Shown: positions 46,004 through 56,201, counted from the first letter of the stretch. The stretch: DNA of 64,000 nt from an uncultured Bacteroidales bacterium (GCA_902773055.1 CACYCZ010000078.1:9482-73481), one strand, 5' to 3'. Notes: generated by a model from the sequence alone, not told the origin. Made by a program: numbers and translations.

Positions 46004-46834
46004 ATGAAAGCAGTCATCTCCTTTTTCCTGCTTCTGTTTTTTGCAGGTTCATGCAAGCTGTTCAACAAAAACAGCCCTGCTTCTCAAGAAAAAAAACAGA
46101 ATACCCTTGCGGCATCCTGGAACAGCGGCAACCGCAAAGCAGACACTCGCCAGATAGAGATTCCCGCCACTGCCCCTCAGGAGCTGCTGATAGCCCACGC
46201 AGGCCACACTCTGTCCTACGACATCAGCAAGCATAACCCCAGATGGGTGGCATGGACACTGACACCCGACAAACTTATCAAGCGCTATCCACGGCGCAAC
46301 GATTTCCGCAGTGACGAGAATATCCCCTCCAAAGACAGAATAGACAAATATGCCTATGACAACCCTGTCTACGACAGAGGCCACATGTGTCCATCGGGTG
46401 ATGTCAGATATGACCGTCAGGCACAATCAGACTGTTTCTACATGACCAACATCTGTCCGCAAATCAAGGAATTGAACCAAACATGGTGGGAACATGTTGA
46501 AAGCGCCACGAGGCGATGGGCACAGCGTGAAGGCATGGTATATATCTGCTGCGGGCCGGTCTATCATGAGAACCTGCCTCCAAAGACTTTAGGACGAAAT
46601 ATCAAGGTACGCATTCCCGATGCCTTCTTCAAGGTCATCCTGTCACTGAGAAAAGGACATGAAAAAGCAATTGGCTTCTACTACACCAACAACAGAGACC
46701 GTCAGACCATGGAATATGCAAAACGCACAGTGGACGAGATTGAAGACATCACGGGCATGGACTTCTTCTATAACCTTCCCGATGAACTGGAAGAACGTGT
46801 AGAATCCCGATGCAACCTCAGAGAGTGGAATTAA
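46004..46834 (+). CDS. Secreted DNA/RNA non-specific endonuclease (NucA/EndoG family)
   Basis: It has a signal peptide. The beta-beta-alpha-Me motif YDRGHMCPSGD and the downstream NICPQ are present. Confidence 0.85.
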   Translation: MKAVISFFLLLFFAGSCKLFNKNSPASQEKKQNTLAASWNSGNRKADTRQIEIPATAPQELLIAHAGHTLSYDISKHNPRWVAWTLTPDKLIKRYPRRNDFRSDENIPSKDRIDKYAYDNPVYDRGHMCPSGDVRYDRQAQSDCFYMTNICPQIKELNQTWWEHVESATRRWAQREGMVYICCGPVYHENLPPKTLGRNIKVRIPDAFFKVILSLRKGHEKAIGFYYTNNRDRQTMEYAKRTVDEIEDITGMDFFYNLPDELEERVESRCNLREWN

Positions 46835-46870
46835 TTTGGTATTAATTCTTACCTTGCCCGTGCACCGAGG

Positions 46871-47725
46871 CTATTCCAGACTATATTTTATCTGCCACGA
46901 CTTTGTTTCTCCCCGATTCAGTTCAATGGGGATATAGGGTTCCGCACATGCCACATGAGGGTTAGCCCAAAAGACATAATGAGACAGACTGGCATCGCTT
47001 ACAGCTCTCACCCTGCGGGTTCCCTCCCGCAGGGTTACATCGTAGGAGGTAGCATCACCTTCATGGTGAACATCACCACAGTAGACGCTCCTGCCCTCAC
47101 TTATCGGAGCCCTGAAACGTATGCCACGTCCTTCAAAGCCCACGTTTTCATACTGTTCCCGCCAATGACCTGACGGAGAAAAGAGGAAGTCTATCTGTCG
47201 GCCCTGTCCGACAGGAGTACCGTTAAAGGTGAAGAAATTGTGGTTATAATTGTATCCCCGGAGGGGCGTTTCATGAAGCCATTTCAACCGATGGCCTATA
47301 GTGAATGCCGAAGAATCTGTCAGGGTTATCTGCTTTTCATACTCATACCAGCCTTGCAGTTCCTGACGGAAAACAACTTGGCTCGGAGTAGCCTTGACCG
47401 ACCATTTCCCCATGTCAGCAATCTCATACAGCCGGAACCAGTCGTAAGGAGCATCATCGGGACGACGCAGCAGTCCCACACCGGGCTTGACAAACAGGCT
47501 ACCCACTCCGACATGTTCAAAATCCACCGTCACGAACTCTTCCGACGGTCCGCAGACCGCATCATGGGTCAAGGGGTTGTAGGCAGCAAACCATTCATCG
47601 GCATAGACATATCCTGCCTTTTCAATACGGCGGAATACTCCTGCCCAGTCAAAACGGGTCGCCCTGTAGTATTCCCCCGGATGGCTGACGAGTACTGTAA
47701 GACTACCGTTTTGCAATGATATCAT
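46871..47725 (-). CDS. Hypothetical protein (possibly mutarotase-like beta-sandwich), last gene of the sugar operon
   Basis: The ORF has clean coding character and overlaps the upstream ROK gene by 23 nt. I recognise no diagnostic motif. Confidence 0.4.
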   Translation of the reverse strand: MISLQNGSLTVLVSHPGEYYRATRFDWAGVFRRIEKAGYVYADEWFAAYNPLTHDAVCGPSEEFVTVDFEHVGVGSLFVKPGVGLLRRPDDAPYDWFRLYEIADMGKWSVKATPSQVVFRQELQGWYEYEKQITLTDSSAFTIGHRLKWLHETPLRGYNYNHNFFTFNGTPVGQGRQIDFLFSPSGHWREQYENVGFEGRGIRFRAPISEGRSVYCGDVHHEGDATSYDVTLREGTRRVRAVSDASLSHYVFWANPHVACAEPYIPIELNRGETKSWQIKYSLE

Positions 47726-48515
47726 CAGCCAGATGTTTTAATCCTTTGAACGTAGCGTTGTCGATATCACTGACAGGCCCCACAAACTTCAGCGAAGAAA
47801 TGTTTTTCAGGCCGCACTCCACGGACTCGGCCATCAAGGCAAAAGAGCGCGATATCTGTCCGCCAAAGAGCAAGGCCTCTATGGCATACTCCTCCAGTAT
47901 CGGAGCTATCGCTCCGGCAATGAGCCGCCCCACGTCGTCAAAAGTCTTGCGGGCTTGGCAGTCACCATTGAGCGCCCTCCCGGCTATTTCCTTCACGGTA
48001 ATATCGCTGCAGCCATAGGCACGGAGGAACCCGCGCTTGGAGGCATAATCCTCCAGCACACCGTCACGGTAAGGCAGGCTGTAGATTGACACCAACGGGG
48101 ACCCGGCCGGCGACTTGAGAATCCTGCCCTCGATACTCATGGAGAAGCCCAGTCCTGTGCCCAGCGTCACCAGAGCCACACGGCTGTAGCCCCTGCCGTT
48201 TCCCTCCGCCGTCTCACCGAGGAGCATACAATTGACATCATGGATAAAACGCATGGGCGTATCGGGCTTGCCACACAGGTCGGCAAACCGCTCGCCATAG
48301 ACGGCACTGAATTTATGCTTCATCAAGAAGACGCCGTGCTCATAGTCAAAGGGGCCCGGAACAGCTGCAGCAACGGCATCGGCTTCACCGACGGCAAGTC
48401 GCAGGGAGGAAGCAATTTCCTCCCTGGAGCCGTTGGAGTTGACGGAGATGCTGCGACCATCGGCGCACTTGATAAACGTTCCGCCTACATCAAGCAGGGT
48501 CGTTCTGATAGCCAT
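47703..48515 (-). CDS. ROK-family sugar kinase
   Basis: I prefer the start MAIRTTLLDVGGTFIKCA (48515). ATP-binding motifs DVGGT and LVTLGTGLGFS are present. Confidence 0.7.
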   Translation of the reverse strand: MAIRTTLLDVGGTFIKCADGRSISVNSNGSREEIASSLRLAVGEADAVAAAVPGPFDYEHGVFLMKHKFSAVYGERFADLCGKPDTPMRFIHDVNCMLLGETAEGNGRGYSRVALVTLGTGLGFSMSIEGRILKSPAGSPLVSIYSLPYRDGVLEDYASKRGFLRAYGCSDITVKEIAGRALNGDCQARKTFDDVGRLIAGAIAPILEEYAIEALLFGGQISRSFALMAESVECGLKNISSLKFVGPVSDIDNATFKGLKHLADDIIAKR

Positions 48516-50364
48516 CGCGAAGCATCGTCTTGTGGACACGTATGGGTTCCACACCCAGATTCTCTATCACATAGCGCCCCATATCGGCAGGCACACAGAC
48601 TATATCCAGATATTCCATGTCAAAATAGCGCTCCGGATGCTCCTCGCTACGCACTCTCACGGCCTCACCATCTACGAGCGCCAGCACGTGGAACCGCTCA
48701 CCGCAGGTATCCTGGCGACACTGTTTCTCAAATTCAAGCCTCCTCAGAGAGAAATACAGCAGCGGACTTTCACCCAGGATATATTCCTCCCAGCCGTCGC
48801 CTTTGTCAGCCAGACGAGGCTGCTGAACAATATAGTTCTTGTCTTTGGGGTCATGGATAGCCGAAGTGCGGCGCTCCTGATTGACAGTCAGTTCACCCAG
48901 TTGGGTGTGAATGGGCCGTTGCTTGCCGTCAAAGTCCAACCTCAGATAGTCATACATCTTATAAGTATACGACCCCACCGTCAGCGAGCCGATCTCCAAT
49001 ATCACCTGATTACGTCCGCTGGAGTGAATAGTGCCTGCAGGCAACATGACTTGCAGCCCCGGCTTCGACTCCTCGTAACTGACATATTTCATATAGTCGA
49101 CCGGTTGTTTCTGCGTGTCGGCAGCCTCAATATCCTTGAAGAATTGGGGAATATCGGCATCGTCGCGAAATCCGATGAACGTCTTGGCCTCGTGTCCGGT
49201 CACACAGACATAGTAACTTTCATCCTGCCGGCCGAACTCGTTGTAATGTTCAATGTTGTATTGAGCCCCCGAGTGACACTGTATACTCATGTTGCCTGTA
49301 GAGTGATAGCTGTCGTCATAGTTGAAACGGATAGGGAAATACCCGTGGAATTTGTTCACGCAGTCCTTGCTCATCAGGTTGTCGCCCTCGGTGTGCACAA
49401 AGGTGCAGAAGTTGATGTCGAGTTTCTTGTCACCGGCTTCCACCACCACACTCACCTCCATAGGAATAAAGTCAAATACCCATGCGGCATTTCTCATCTC
49501 CTTGGGCAGTCGACGGTGTTTCTTCATATAGGTACCGCCCCATACTCCTTCTATATAACACGGTTTGGCGCGGAAGGGATATTTCACCAGTTGGGCACAG
49601 ATATCCCTGAAAGCACTGAAAGGCATCATCTGGAGCCCATAGGGGTCATCCGAGAGGAAAAAATAATCCAGGACATCGCTCTGCAGCAGTTCCCTGCGGT
49701 TCTGCACAGCCATCTCGAAGTCACAGTAGTAGCAGCGCCTGATGATACGGTTAATCATTCCCGGACGCTCCTTGCCGATGTTGGCATACTCACCCCTGCG
49801 GATGCGCAGGATAGAAGTCTTTGGCGTCACGTCAAAGAAGCATTTCACATCGTACAAGTCACGCAATTCGGGTATCAGAGTGCCGTACCCATACACCAGT
49901 GTCACCTTGCCGGCCATCTTTCTGGCATTTTCAACATACGTCCTGAAGCCGACAGTCTTTGCGCTGTCAAGCATACCCTGATAGCCGCCCTTGTATATCT
50001 TGCCAAACAGCAGCGTGGGGTCTTTGCGAGTGTCCCATTCCAGCATAGGGTCAATCATGGCATCAATCTCAGCACCGTCTTTGAAGGTCATTCTGTTACC
50101 ATCAATAATTTCATAGGGGATGCCCCTTGTTTCCAGTTCACGGGCTACCAAGTTTAGAAATCCCGTCCAGCTGACAGTAGTATAGCCGTCCAGACCGACG
50201 GTCAGTCCCTTGCCGCCGGCCAATGGGGCGATATTGTTAACAAATCTTTTAGCCACGGCAGGCGTTCCGCCGCCGACAATGGCTTCAACAGTCTTTTCAC
50301 ACAGTTCCGGACGATTCACAGGACGTGGGTCGTCAAACGGAAACGGATTATACATAAAACTCAT
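48490..50364 (-). CDS. Long-form class I mannose-6-phosphate-isomerase-like cupin protein with an unassigned ~300-aa N-terminal domain
   Basis: The C-terminal half has Bacillus-type PMI signatures: SIQCHS (cf. SIQVHP), GRQDESYYV (cf. GKTE.WY), LPAGTIHSSG and YTYKMYDYLR (cf. TYR.YDY.R). Confidence 0.6.
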   Translation of the reverse strand: MSFMYNPFPFDDPRPVNRPELCEKTVEAIVGGGTPAVAKRFVNNIAPLAGGKGLTVGLDGYTTVSWTGFLNLVARELETRGIPYEIIDGNRMTFKDGAEIDAMIDPMLEWDTRKDPTLLFGKIYKGGYQGMLDSAKTVGFRTYVENARKMAGKVTLVYGYGTLIPELRDLYDVKCFFDVTPKTSILRIRRGEYANIGKERPGMINRIIRRCYYCDFEMAVQNRRELLQSDVLDYFFLSDDPYGLQMMPFSAFRDICAQLVKYPFRAKPCYIEGVWGGTYMKKHRRLPKEMRNAAWVFDFIPMEVSVVVEAGDKKLDINFCTFVHTEGDNLMSKDCVNKFHGYFPIRFNYDDSYHSTGNMSIQCHSGAQYNIEHYNEFGRQDESYYVCVTGHEAKTFIGFRDDADIPQFFKDIEAADTQKQPVDYMKYVSYEESKPGLQVMLPAGTIHSSGRNQVILEIGSLTVGSYTYKMYDYLRLDFDGKQRPIHTQLGELTVNQERRTSAIHDPKDKNYIVQQPRLADKGDGWEEYILGESPLLYFSLRRLEFEKQCRQDTCGERFHVLALVDGEAVRVRSEEHPERYFDMEYLDIVCVPADMGRYVIENLGVEPIRVHKTMLRDGYQNDPA

Positions 50365-50373
50365 AATGTCAAA

Positions 50374-51816
50374 CTATTTTTCAATGTTATAGAAATCAAA
50401 ATCCATCATCCCAGCCAGCATTTCCAACTCGGCACGATAATCACCGTCCACGATAGCATAATGCTGAGTAGCGCCGATGTTCAGAATCTGCTCAAACAGA
50501 CTCTTGACAGGAACTACAGGTCTGAATATCGTATGGCTGTAAGTTGCCAGCAAGTGCTTACCCGGAAGGCTTTCCGCCATAAACGTAATCAGCTTATATC
50601 TGCCAGCCTCTTCATACAATCCGGCCACGGTCTTCATACCCGGGCTGAAGCGGTACCACGCAAACGGTGCACCGGCATACTTCCAATTGGTCTTGGCAAA
50701 GCGCACGTCGCGCGCTATGATGACATTCTGCTGCCAGTTTTCGTCATTATGGTCGTTAGGTCCGGCATGACCTCCGGCAAACGTGCCGAAGTCATCCTCT
50801 ATATGGAACGGCTCAACGAAATTAACGTGTCTGCCACTCAACAGTTTGAGCATATAGGTTATCAGGCCGGCACCGATATCGGCCTCCGGCACCAGTACCG
50901 ACACGTTGTCGTTAAACCACTGAGGATAGAATCCTGCACGGCAACCGGCAATGCGAAAGGTAGCCTGGTCAATGTCGTTATAGACATAGCAGTCAATATC
51001 ATTTTTTTCAGCCAGTTTCCTGATGCCCAATGTTGCCTTGACACATCCTATGAATTTAGCCTCATCTACATCATCGGCCATCCTGTATCTGGCGGTAAGG
51101 CTGTCAGCATAGTCTTTCACCTCGCCGTCGGTCAGGTTTTCTATTTCCGTCCCGTAGTCGCTGTAGGGCAGGTAGTGAATCTCGGGACCAATCTTGGTAA
51201 ACAGATCATAGTTGTCAATATAAGTACTCCACATGGCTTCGTTCATATTAGCCATAAGCCCTACGTTGGATGAGCGCAATATTGCCCTCGTCCTGGCAGC
51301 AGCAGCAAAGATCCTGACCTTCTCTGTTATCTGCTCACGCGTACCCATAACGGTGGTGACAAGCCTGCGCCCCGTTCTCTTCACCGAGCCTGAGCCCTCC
51401 AGTGACCCTACCAGGGTACCAGCACAGAGATAGTCAATGAAGTCATCGTCATCAAGCGTAGTCTCGAAAGACATCTTTGGCTTAGCCACATTGCAGAACA
51501 AGACAGGCATCTCCGGACAGTCGCGCAGGAAACGTATCCATGCAAAGTCTTCACTCCAAGACAGGAATTCGGCATAGACAAAATCCACCTTTTCGGCATA
51601 GAAGAGCCTCATGGCCTGTTCGGCATCCTCTCTTTCATAAACGATACCAGGCCATACGATATCCATAAAATCCATTGAAGCCTTGATGTCCTCAACGGCC
51701 TTCAGTTTGCGTTCGTGGTAGCTGCCGCGAAGCGGAGCTGTCAGGTTCTTGAATCTCGGCGAGGCAATCAGCAGCAATCCTACCCTCGCCTTTCTTTTTT
51801 TATCGGTTGTTTTCAT
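50374..51816 (-). CDS. L-fucose/L-arabinose-isomerase-family sugar isomerase
   Basis: The assignment rests on its 480-aa length and N-terminal pattern (RVGLLLIASPRFKNL ...), recalled from family members. Its start shares one nucleotide with the MFS gene stop (TAATG). Confidence 0.5.
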   Translation of the reverse strand: MKTTDKKRKARVGLLLIASPRFKNLTAPLRGSYHERKLKAVEDIKASMDFMDIVWPGIVYEREDAEQAMRLFYAEKVDFVYAEFLSWSEDFAWIRFLRDCPEMPVLFCNVAKPKMSFETTLDDDDFIDYLCAGTLVGSLEGSGSVKRTGRRLVTTVMGTREQITEKVRIFAAAARTRAILRSSNVGLMANMNEAMWSTYIDNYDLFTKIGPEIHYLPYSDYGTEIENLTDGEVKDYADSLTARYRMADDVDEAKFIGCVKATLGIRKLAEKNDIDCYVYNDIDQATFRIAGCRAGFYPQWFNDNVSVLVPEADIGAGLITYMLKLLSGRHVNFVEPFHIEDDFGTFAGGHAGPNDHNDENWQQNVIIARDVRFAKTNWKYAGAPFAWYRFSPGMKTVAGLYEEAGRYKLITFMAESLPGKHLLATYSHTIFRPVVPVKSLFEQILNIGATQHYAIVDGDYRAELEMLAGMMDFDFYNIEK

Positions 51817-53054
51817 TATTTATGAATTTTGTTGCAATCATTTTTATAACAGGTCAAAGCTACTATCAGCACCATCCCACCTGCGACTGCCCATATCAAG
51901 GCCAGTACGGGGAATGCGGCTGACAACGACCCCATAGTCTGCTTCAATGCGCCGAGCACGACGGGAGCCAGGGCCCCGACGGCAAAACCCGTCGTTATCA
52001 TCGCACTGGAACAGGATGCGTGAAGGCGCGAAGGTGTCACGTCGTAGAGCACGGCATAGGTATTGGCGTCAAAGAATGCCCGGAAGAAACCCCATCCGGC
52101 GAACATGACATACAGCCATCCCAGCGAAGACTTACCGCCCATAAAGAACAGGAACACCGCTCCGCCTAGAAGACCTGCACCCTGAAGCACCATACGCGAG
52201 CCCCGGAACCGCAGGGCCAGCCTGTCGGACAGGCTCCCAGCTATAAGGACGCCTATAAATGCCGCCACATAGGTATAAAACATCGAACTGAAACCGGCTG
52301 CCGCCTGACTTTGGCCGAACTCCTCCTGCAGATAGGCCGGCACCCAGGTCATATAACCGGTTATCACGAATATGAGCGCACTGAATCCCAGCGTCATCAC
52401 CAATGCCGTAGGTGTCGTGAAGACGGTCTTGAAACCGTCAAAGAAGCCTATACCCTCTCTCTCTCTCCGAGGCTGGGCTGTACCCTCTTCTTTCTTGTCC
52501 TTAAGGCGTATGGCCATGACTGCTCCCCAGACGATGCCGGCTCCGCCGAAAATGATAAACGAATACTGCCATCCCAACCTGTCGGCTATCCATCCTGCAA
52601 GCCATCCAGCCAGGATGACTCCGATGTAATAGGCCGTCTGGTGGATAGACATTGCACGGGCACGCGTATCGGTATGATACTGTCCCAGCAAGGAGTAATT
52701 GGCGGGACCGAAAAAGGCCTCTCCACCGCCCGTAGCCACCGAACGCAGGATAATGAGCCATACAAAACTGGTGGCCAGTCCGGTGAACATCGTCGCCACG
52801 CTCCAGAAAATGATACTGACGGTAGTCACCCACTTACGGCTGAACCTGTCGCCGGCCCATCCCCCTACAGGCACCATCAGGGCGTAGAACAGGTTAAACA
52901 CCGTAGCTATCAGCCCAACGGACGTATCCGTCAGGTTCAAGGCATCCCTTATGGCGGGCAGCACGGTGTTGAACACCTGTCTGTCTCCTTGGTTGAGCAG
53001 GTAGGCCATCCACAGCAAGCCCAGCACTTCCCATTTGTAAAAACGCTTTTCCAT
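51816..53054 (-). CDS. MFS transporter (sugar/sugar-acid type)
   Basis: It is 12-TM-like, with MFS motif A GGWAGDRFSRKW. Confidence 0.8.
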   Translation of the reverse strand: MEKRFYKWEVLGLLWMAYLLNQGDRQVFNTVLPAIRDALNLTDTSVGLIATVFNLFYALMVPVGGWAGDRFSRKWVTTVSIIFWSVATMFTGLATSFVWLIILRSVATGGGEAFFGPANYSLLGQYHTDTRARAMSIHQTAYYIGVILAGWLAGWIADRLGWQYSFIIFGGAGIVWGAVMAIRLKDKKEEGTAQPRREREGIGFFDGFKTVFTTPTALVMTLGFSALIFVITGYMTWVPAYLQEEFGQSQAAAGFSSMFYTYVAAFIGVLIAGSLSDRLALRFRGSRMVLQGAGLLGGAVFLFFMGGKSSLGWLYVMFAGWGFFRAFFDANTYAVLYDVTPSRLHASCSSAMITTGFAVGALAPVVLGALKQTMGSLSAAFPVLALIWAVAGGMVLIVALTCYKNDCNKIHK

Positions 53055-53073
53055 TGTCTTGTTTTTTTCGTTG

Positions 53074-54105
53074 TCAGAACGACGCCCTGCGCGTCATCTT
53101 GAAATCACACCTGATTTTCTCCATCTTCTTGTCCAGTATCATACGGGCGACGAGCCTGCCCATCTGGGCAAAGTCGGTGGATATGGTCGTCAGTCCCCCC
53201 AGCACGATCTCGCTCATGGGCGACTCGTTGTAGGAGATGATGCCGATGTCCCTGCCTATCTTCATCCGCTTCTCGCGCGCCATGCGCGCCAGGGTGATGA
53301 GGCCGTCGTCGAGCGAGCTGTTCAGCATGAGGTAGACAGCACCCTTGACCATCATCGCGGGGGTAATCTTTTTGTGAAACCGCGTATCAATACCATATTT
53401 ACGACAGTAGCTGCCTATCACCTTCTCGATAAGCCCGCCGTAAAGGCTGTTTTCGAGCGTTATGACGTGGAGTATCCCCCTGCGTGCTATCTTCCTGACG
53501 GCACTGGCGAGCCCGCGGGGCGCATCGCTGGCGAAGTCCTGATATACGACGCCGTAGTTTCCCTTCACGCTCTTCATCCAGTGGTCAGCCATGATGAGCT
53601 GCCGGTTGGGTATCCTGGCGATGATGCGGGCCACACGCCGCTGGGTCGGGTCGTCGAGGGCAAAATGGGGCGTAATGACATAATAGTCGTACTTGCCGAC
53701 ATATTCGTCGACATAATATTCCAGCAGGTCCACGTTCTGGTTGTGGAGCAGGATGGTCACCTCGGCCTTGTCTCCTATGACCGAGGCAAAGGCGTCAAAC
53801 AGTGTCTGCTTGTAGGCGCTCAGCTTGTCGAAGATAACCAGCACCGACGGCTTGACGCCCCCTGCCGGAATGCTGACGTAAAACCCTTTGCCCTGACGGG
53901 CCTCCAGCAGGCCTTTGTCGCGCAGGACGGAGTATACTTTCTTCACCGTTTCCTTGGAGATGCCCAGCGACGCCGACAGGTTGTTCATCGACGTCACCTG
54001 CTCGCCGTCCTTGAGTTTCCCTGTGCGCATTGCCGTCTCAAACTGCCTGACGAGCTGTTTGTAGACGGGTATCTTGCCCGATGTATTGATTGTAAGACTT
54101 ATCAT
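53074..54105 (-). CDS. GntR-type HTH regulator with a C-terminal periplasmic-binding-protein-like sugar-binding domain
   Basis: The N-terminal winged helix is SMNNLSASLGISKETVKKVYSVLRDKGLLEARQGKGFYV, followed by a ~270-aa LacI/PBP1-like domain. Its start overlaps the upstream gene stop (ATGA). Confidence 0.75.
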   Translation of the reverse strand: MISLTINTSGKIPVYKQLVRQFETAMRTGKLKDGEQVTSMNNLSASLGISKETVKKVYSVLRDKGLLEARQGKGFYVSIPAGGVKPSVLVIFDKLSAYKQTLFDAFASVIGDKAEVTILLHNQNVDLLEYYVDEYVGKYDYYVITPHFALDDPTQRRVARIIARIPNRQLIMADHWMKSVKGNYGVVYQDFASDAPRGLASAVRKIARRGILHVITLENSLYGGLIEKVIGSYCRKYGIDTRFHKKITPAMMVKGAVYLMLNSSLDDGLITLARMAREKRMKIGRDIGIISYNESPMSEIVLGGLTTISTDFAQMGRLVARMILDKKMEKIRCDFKMTRRASF

Positions 54106-56201
54106 TTTCCAAACAGTAATACAGCTATGTCATACTGGCCGAGGGTCAGCTCCGTACCATTGAGACGGGCCTTGCCGAGACAGGTGGCATCCAGCAGTTT
54201 GCAGCCGGGCACGCTTATCCTGGTCGTCAGCACACGGGCCGTGCGGTGCTGGTTGGCTGCCACAATGGCCGTCCTGCTGCCGTCCTCGGAGACGTAGGCG
54301 CGCGCATCCACCTCGCCGTTGCTGTTGCTGAAGCCCAGCTCGTCCTTGTAGATACCCGTCAGCAATTCCTCCTTGTATTTGGTCTTCACGGCATTGACTT
54401 GTGCCAAATAGGCCTGATACACGGGACACTTGTCTATCAGGTCGCGACAGCGGTATATCTCAATGTCCACACGCTCACCGTCGAGGAGCGTGTTGTTGAC
54501 ATGCCACTGCACATCAGTGTCGTCCCTTTGGCCGCGGTCGGTAAACACCACCTCAGGGAAAGTGTATTTGTAGAACCTCATAAACCTCTCGGGAACACTG
54601 TTGGCAGGATATCCGTGACAGTAGTCACAGTACTGTGCCAAAGCGTCCACGTAGCCCTCGGCACCCAGTGCGAAGTCGGGGGCCTTCCGGGCATAACGGT
54701 CGCGCAGCATCTTGAGGCACTGCACCCTCTTGCGTATGCCGTAGACATCGGGGACAGGATATTCCCGGCTCGTATCCCAGTTGGTACTTTCCTGCTCAAT
54801 GTATGCCAGCTGGTCATAGAACACGCTGTGGGCACCCAAGGCATAGGCCCTGTCCTGCAGCTGCATCAACACCTTGTTCCAGTCGGGGTCCATCATAGTG
54901 GCAATGGCAAAGGTGCGCTGGTCGTACTCGCCGAGCCAGGTGCCCTGCCCCGTAAACTTGTAACGCTCCAATATCTCAGAACCGGTATTGTCGTGACGAC
55001 ACACCTTGGGCCCCATACCGCTCTTGTAGAAACGGCTCTCGCGGTCAATGAGCTTGCCGTTATAGTAGAGCAGCAGGTGGCTGCCGTCGGCCTGATATTT
55101 CGCTATGGCATCCTTCAGGGCAGCATCGCCGCCCTGAGTCTCATCAGGTGAATAGTCTGGATTGCCGTGGTCCATACCCTCGGCCCACCAGCCAAACAAG
55201 AAGACGGCATTGCTGTTTACCGATTTGTCCACGTCCTTCAGACGGCCGAAGAGGTCGGGATACTTGAAGAAATATTCGCCATACTGGTGCTTGAAGATAA
55301 CCCTCTGCCAGCTGTTCATCTCGCGCACCCACTGAGGGGCAGGCCGGTGGTCCCACCATGTGTCCACCCACTTGCGGTAGATACCCGACGCCACGTGCCA
55401 GCTGCCGCTGTAGGGCGCTATGACGTTAGCCTTGCACTGCCAGTTTTCGCCGCAGAAACAATGGGGATATTTGAAAAATCCGCATTCCAGAATACTGTAC
55501 TCGCCGTTGCCGTCCCGATAGACACGCAACCCGTGCCAGGTATCCTGAAAGGTTTCATCGTGTGAGCCGAAATACAATCCCTGCTCCTTGCCAAAGAGGC
55601 CGAAACAGTTGACATACACCTTTGCACCATACTTCACATCCTTCTGGCGGAAAAACTGCTCAGGCTTCTTGTAGGGCGACTCTGCCAGTCGGTTGACAGC
55701 CTTCAGCGGGTCGTCGTAACGCCGCCCCCCAGCCTCGCCGGTATAGAGGAAATGGTCTTCGGGCAGGTTGATGCCGTGGACAAGAGGATAATGGAGTTCA
55801 CGTATCACCGTATGGGGCTCATTGTTAGCCACCGAAGACTCAAACCTCACCTTGTCATCCTCAAGCACAACGCTGAGCGTCAGGTTGAAGTCCTTCTTCC
55901 TGCCACGCACGTTCAGCCCGGCATACTTGATTACAATGCGCCCGTCCCGGCTTGAGACGACAGGCTTCTGTCCTGAACCCAGAATCTGGATTTCCTTCTC
56001 CTCGGGACTGTCGTAATACATACGCCACAGATAGCTGCCTTGGGCATAATCATGACCCGTACGGACATTGCGCAGATGAAGCAATGAGCCGTCTTCACCA
56101 ATAGTGACAGCCACCTTCTTGTTACTCAAGGTGTAGGGCGCCGCCATGACAACGGCATTGATCAGGAAACCCGTTGCAATGACTAATAAATATTTCTGCA
56201 T
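54102..56201 (-). CDS. Secreted ~700-aa uncharacterised protein, putative glycoside hydrolase (DUF6259-like, from memory)
   Basis: It has a signal peptide (MQKYLLVIATGFLINAVVMAAP) and is the first gene of the sugar operon. It is Trp/Tyr-rich, as TIM-barrel hydrolases often are. I did not recognise a catalytic motif. Confidence 0.4.
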   Translation of the reverse strand: MQKYLLVIATGFLINAVVMAAPYTLSNKKVAVTIGEDGSLLHLRNVRTGHDYAQGSYLWRMYYDSPEEKEIQILGSGQKPVVSSRDGRIVIKYAGLNVRGRKKDFNLTLSVVLEDDKVRFESSVANNEPHTVIRELHYPLVHGINLPEDHFLYTGEAGGRRYDDPLKAVNRLAESPYKKPEQFFRQKDVKYGAKVYVNCFGLFGKEQGLYFGSHDETFQDTWHGLRVYRDGNGEYSILECGFFKYPHCFCGENWQCKANVIAPYSGSWHVASGIYRKWVDTWWDHRPAPQWVREMNSWQRVIFKHQYGEYFFKYPDLFGRLKDVDKSVNSNAVFLFGWWAEGMDHGNPDYSPDETQGGDAALKDAIAKYQADGSHLLLYYNGKLIDRESRFYKSGMGPKVCRHDNTGSEILERYKFTGQGTWLGEYDQRTFAIATMMDPDWNKVLMQLQDRAYALGAHSVFYDQLAYIEQESTNWDTSREYPVPDVYGIRKRVQCLKMLRDRYARKAPDFALGAEGYVDALAQYCDYCHGYPANSVPERFMRFYKYTFPEVVFTDRGQRDDTDVQWHVNNTLLDGERVDIEIYRCRDLIDKCPVYQAYLAQVNAVKTKYKEELLTGIYKDELGFSNSNGEVDARAYVSEDGSRTAIVAANQHRTARVLTTRISVPGCKLLDATCLGKARLNGTELTLGQYDIAVLLFGK

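Noticed and set aside
48433-50157. 574-aa + strand ORF.
   Set aside because: It is antisense to the PMI-like gene, which has cupin/PMI signatures and fits the tightly packed minus-strand operon.
53059-55151. + strand ORFs 53059..54297 (412 aa) and 54246..55151 (301 aa).
   Set aside because: They are antisense to the GntR regulator and the putative GH. No motifs are present, and they would break the operon logic.
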